This document shows positions 63,004 through 64,000 of a DNA stretch of 64,000 bases, in pieces. The position numbers were made by a program, and so were the translations under genes. Location of the stretch: IMG/VR virus record IMGVR_UViG_3300029825_000004. The stretch is one strand, 5' to 3'. Positions within the stretch are counted from its first letter, which is position 1. The number at the start of each line of letters is the position of its first letter. Source of the DNA: a virus. Under the pieces are notes generated by a model. The model was not told the origin of the DNA. It did not search any database and worked only from the letters and a program-made list of their open reading frames with translations.

Positions 63004-63139
63004 CAGGGAGGTGAAAAAAGCCCTGCAAAATAAAATAACCATGTTAAGCCGTCCCGTATTTGCGGGATTTTTTTATTGGGATAGTAGCTAATCTTAAGTG
63101 CTATCCCTTATTTATTTTTTAAAGAAAGGACTGAATTAA

Positions 63140-63505
63140 ATAGCAGAAGAACAAAAGTTGAGCTTCTCCACCTTGGCCGGTGGTGGCGTAGAGGAAAAAC
63201 TGCAATATGCTCTTGATGAAATTGCGGCCAATATTGCAGACCCCAATACCAATGCCAAGAAGACAAGAAAAGTAACCATGACGCTTACCTTTAAGCCCAA
63301 TGAGCAGCGGACAATTTCCAACCTTGAGATTGACGTTAAGACCAGTCCCGCCCCCGTGGTAGGTATTACCACAACCCTGATGATTGACCGGGATAAAAAA
63401 GGCAAAGCCGTTGTCTCTGAGATTTATGGGAATGACCCGAATCAAGGAGTCATTGACTTTGAAACTGGTGAAGTAGTCGATTTTAGAGGGAGGAATGCGA
63501 AATGA
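63140..63505 (+). CDS. Conserved phage protein (LAGG..EKL motif; possible ATA start)
   Basis: GAAAGGA RBS then ATA GCA GAA in frame with the ORF-track 63158 start. Confidence 0.65.
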   Translation: MAEEQKLSFSTLAGGGVEEKLQYALDEIAANIADPNTNAKKTRKVTMTLTFKPNEQRTISNLEIDVKTSPAPVVGITTTLMIDRDKKGKAVVSEIYGNDPNQGVIDFETGEVVDFRGRNAK

Positions 63506-64000
63506 TAAACAAGGATGCGCTGGAATATCTGGTTAATTTGGCCCTAGAGGGCAGCTCCGTCCATGTCGTAGACGGGAAACCATACTCAATAAAACAACTC
63601 CATCCGATCAAGGAAATAGGCCCTGTTGCGCTGGAATTTAACTTCTTGGATTCGCTAGTAACATATCTGCGGGAGAAAATGGATTTATGGCCCGAAGAAA
63701 ATAAATTAATTATTGAGATAGCAAGCCCGACTGAAATTGCCCTGCGGACAGAAGTGTGCGGAAAATTCAATGAGCGGTTTACGCCGGTCCTCTGCCATGC
63801 GTTAGTAGAAGCATTCCCATGGGGCCGTTTCTTAAGTCCGGAAGAATTTATCATTATGGCGCAAAGCCGTTTTGATGAAACTGCAGACTTAGAGATAATC
63901 CGTAAGATAGTCGGCAATGTCCAGACCGAGGAAGTTATCAATTTCTCCGACGATGGCATCAGCCAGCAGGTAACGGCCAAAGCAGGGATATCAAGAGTGC
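63502..64000 (+). CDS. Conserved phage protein, partial (runs off window)
   Basis: ATG overlapping previous stop, GGGAGG RBS, open to the window edge. Confidence 0.7.
   Translation, partial: MINKDALEYLVNLALEGSSVHVVDGKPYSIKQLHPIKEIGPVALEFNFLDSLVTYLREKMDLWPEENKLIIEIASPTEIALRTEVCGKFNERFTPVLCHALVEAFPWGRFLSPEEFIIMAQSRFDETADLEIIRKIVGNVQTEEVINFSDDGISQQVTAKAGISRV

Larger units (their letters stand above)
1..64000. mobile_element. Tailed dsDNA phage (siphovirus-like) of a Firmicutes host, most of a genome
   Basis: Full morphogenesis module (TerS/TerL, portal, protease, MCP, tail tube, TMP, Dit, Tal), lysis cassette, replication/recombination genes; no host housekeeping genes. Confidence 0.96.

Noticed and set aside
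1-64000. Alternative genetic code / stop-codon recoding
   Set aside because: Long ORFs are intact under the standard bacterial code, there is no suppressor tRNA, and the TMP break is explained by an intron.

Overview
The whole window is a tailed (siphovirus-like) phage of a Firmicutes/Bacillota host, probably an anaerobic Clostridia-type organism (strong GGAGG-type RBSs, sigma-A promoters, copper-amine-oxidase-N surface domains). It looks like most of a circularly permuted genome. Three blocks are visible. (1) 1-10.5 kb (+): late part of the early/replication operon (CHC2 zinc finger, RuvC-like resolvase, phage sigma factor, SNF2-MTase fusion, HNH, SSB, ArpU/RinA-type activator). (2) 10.6-44.2 kb (-): late operon read right to left: TerS, a nucleotide-metabolism/modification cluster, intein-containing phosphoesterase, a tRNA-like RNA plus two tRNAs, TerL, portal, protease/scaffold, capsid, head-tail joining, tail tube, chaperones, tape measure split by a group I intron, Dit, RBP, Tal, holin-amidase-holin, with opposite-strand morons. 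(3) 44.5-64 kb (+): an accessory 'leader' block (RHH regulators, candidate ncRNA, many small ORFs, catalytic-only tyrosine recombinase, dense polar CTCAG(TA) motifs), a truncated repressor, cro/antirepressor/xis-like genes, and an annealing protein + SbcCD recombination module. No full integrase, CRISPR array or reverse transcriptase was seen. All family assignments come from motif reading and gene order, not database searches.
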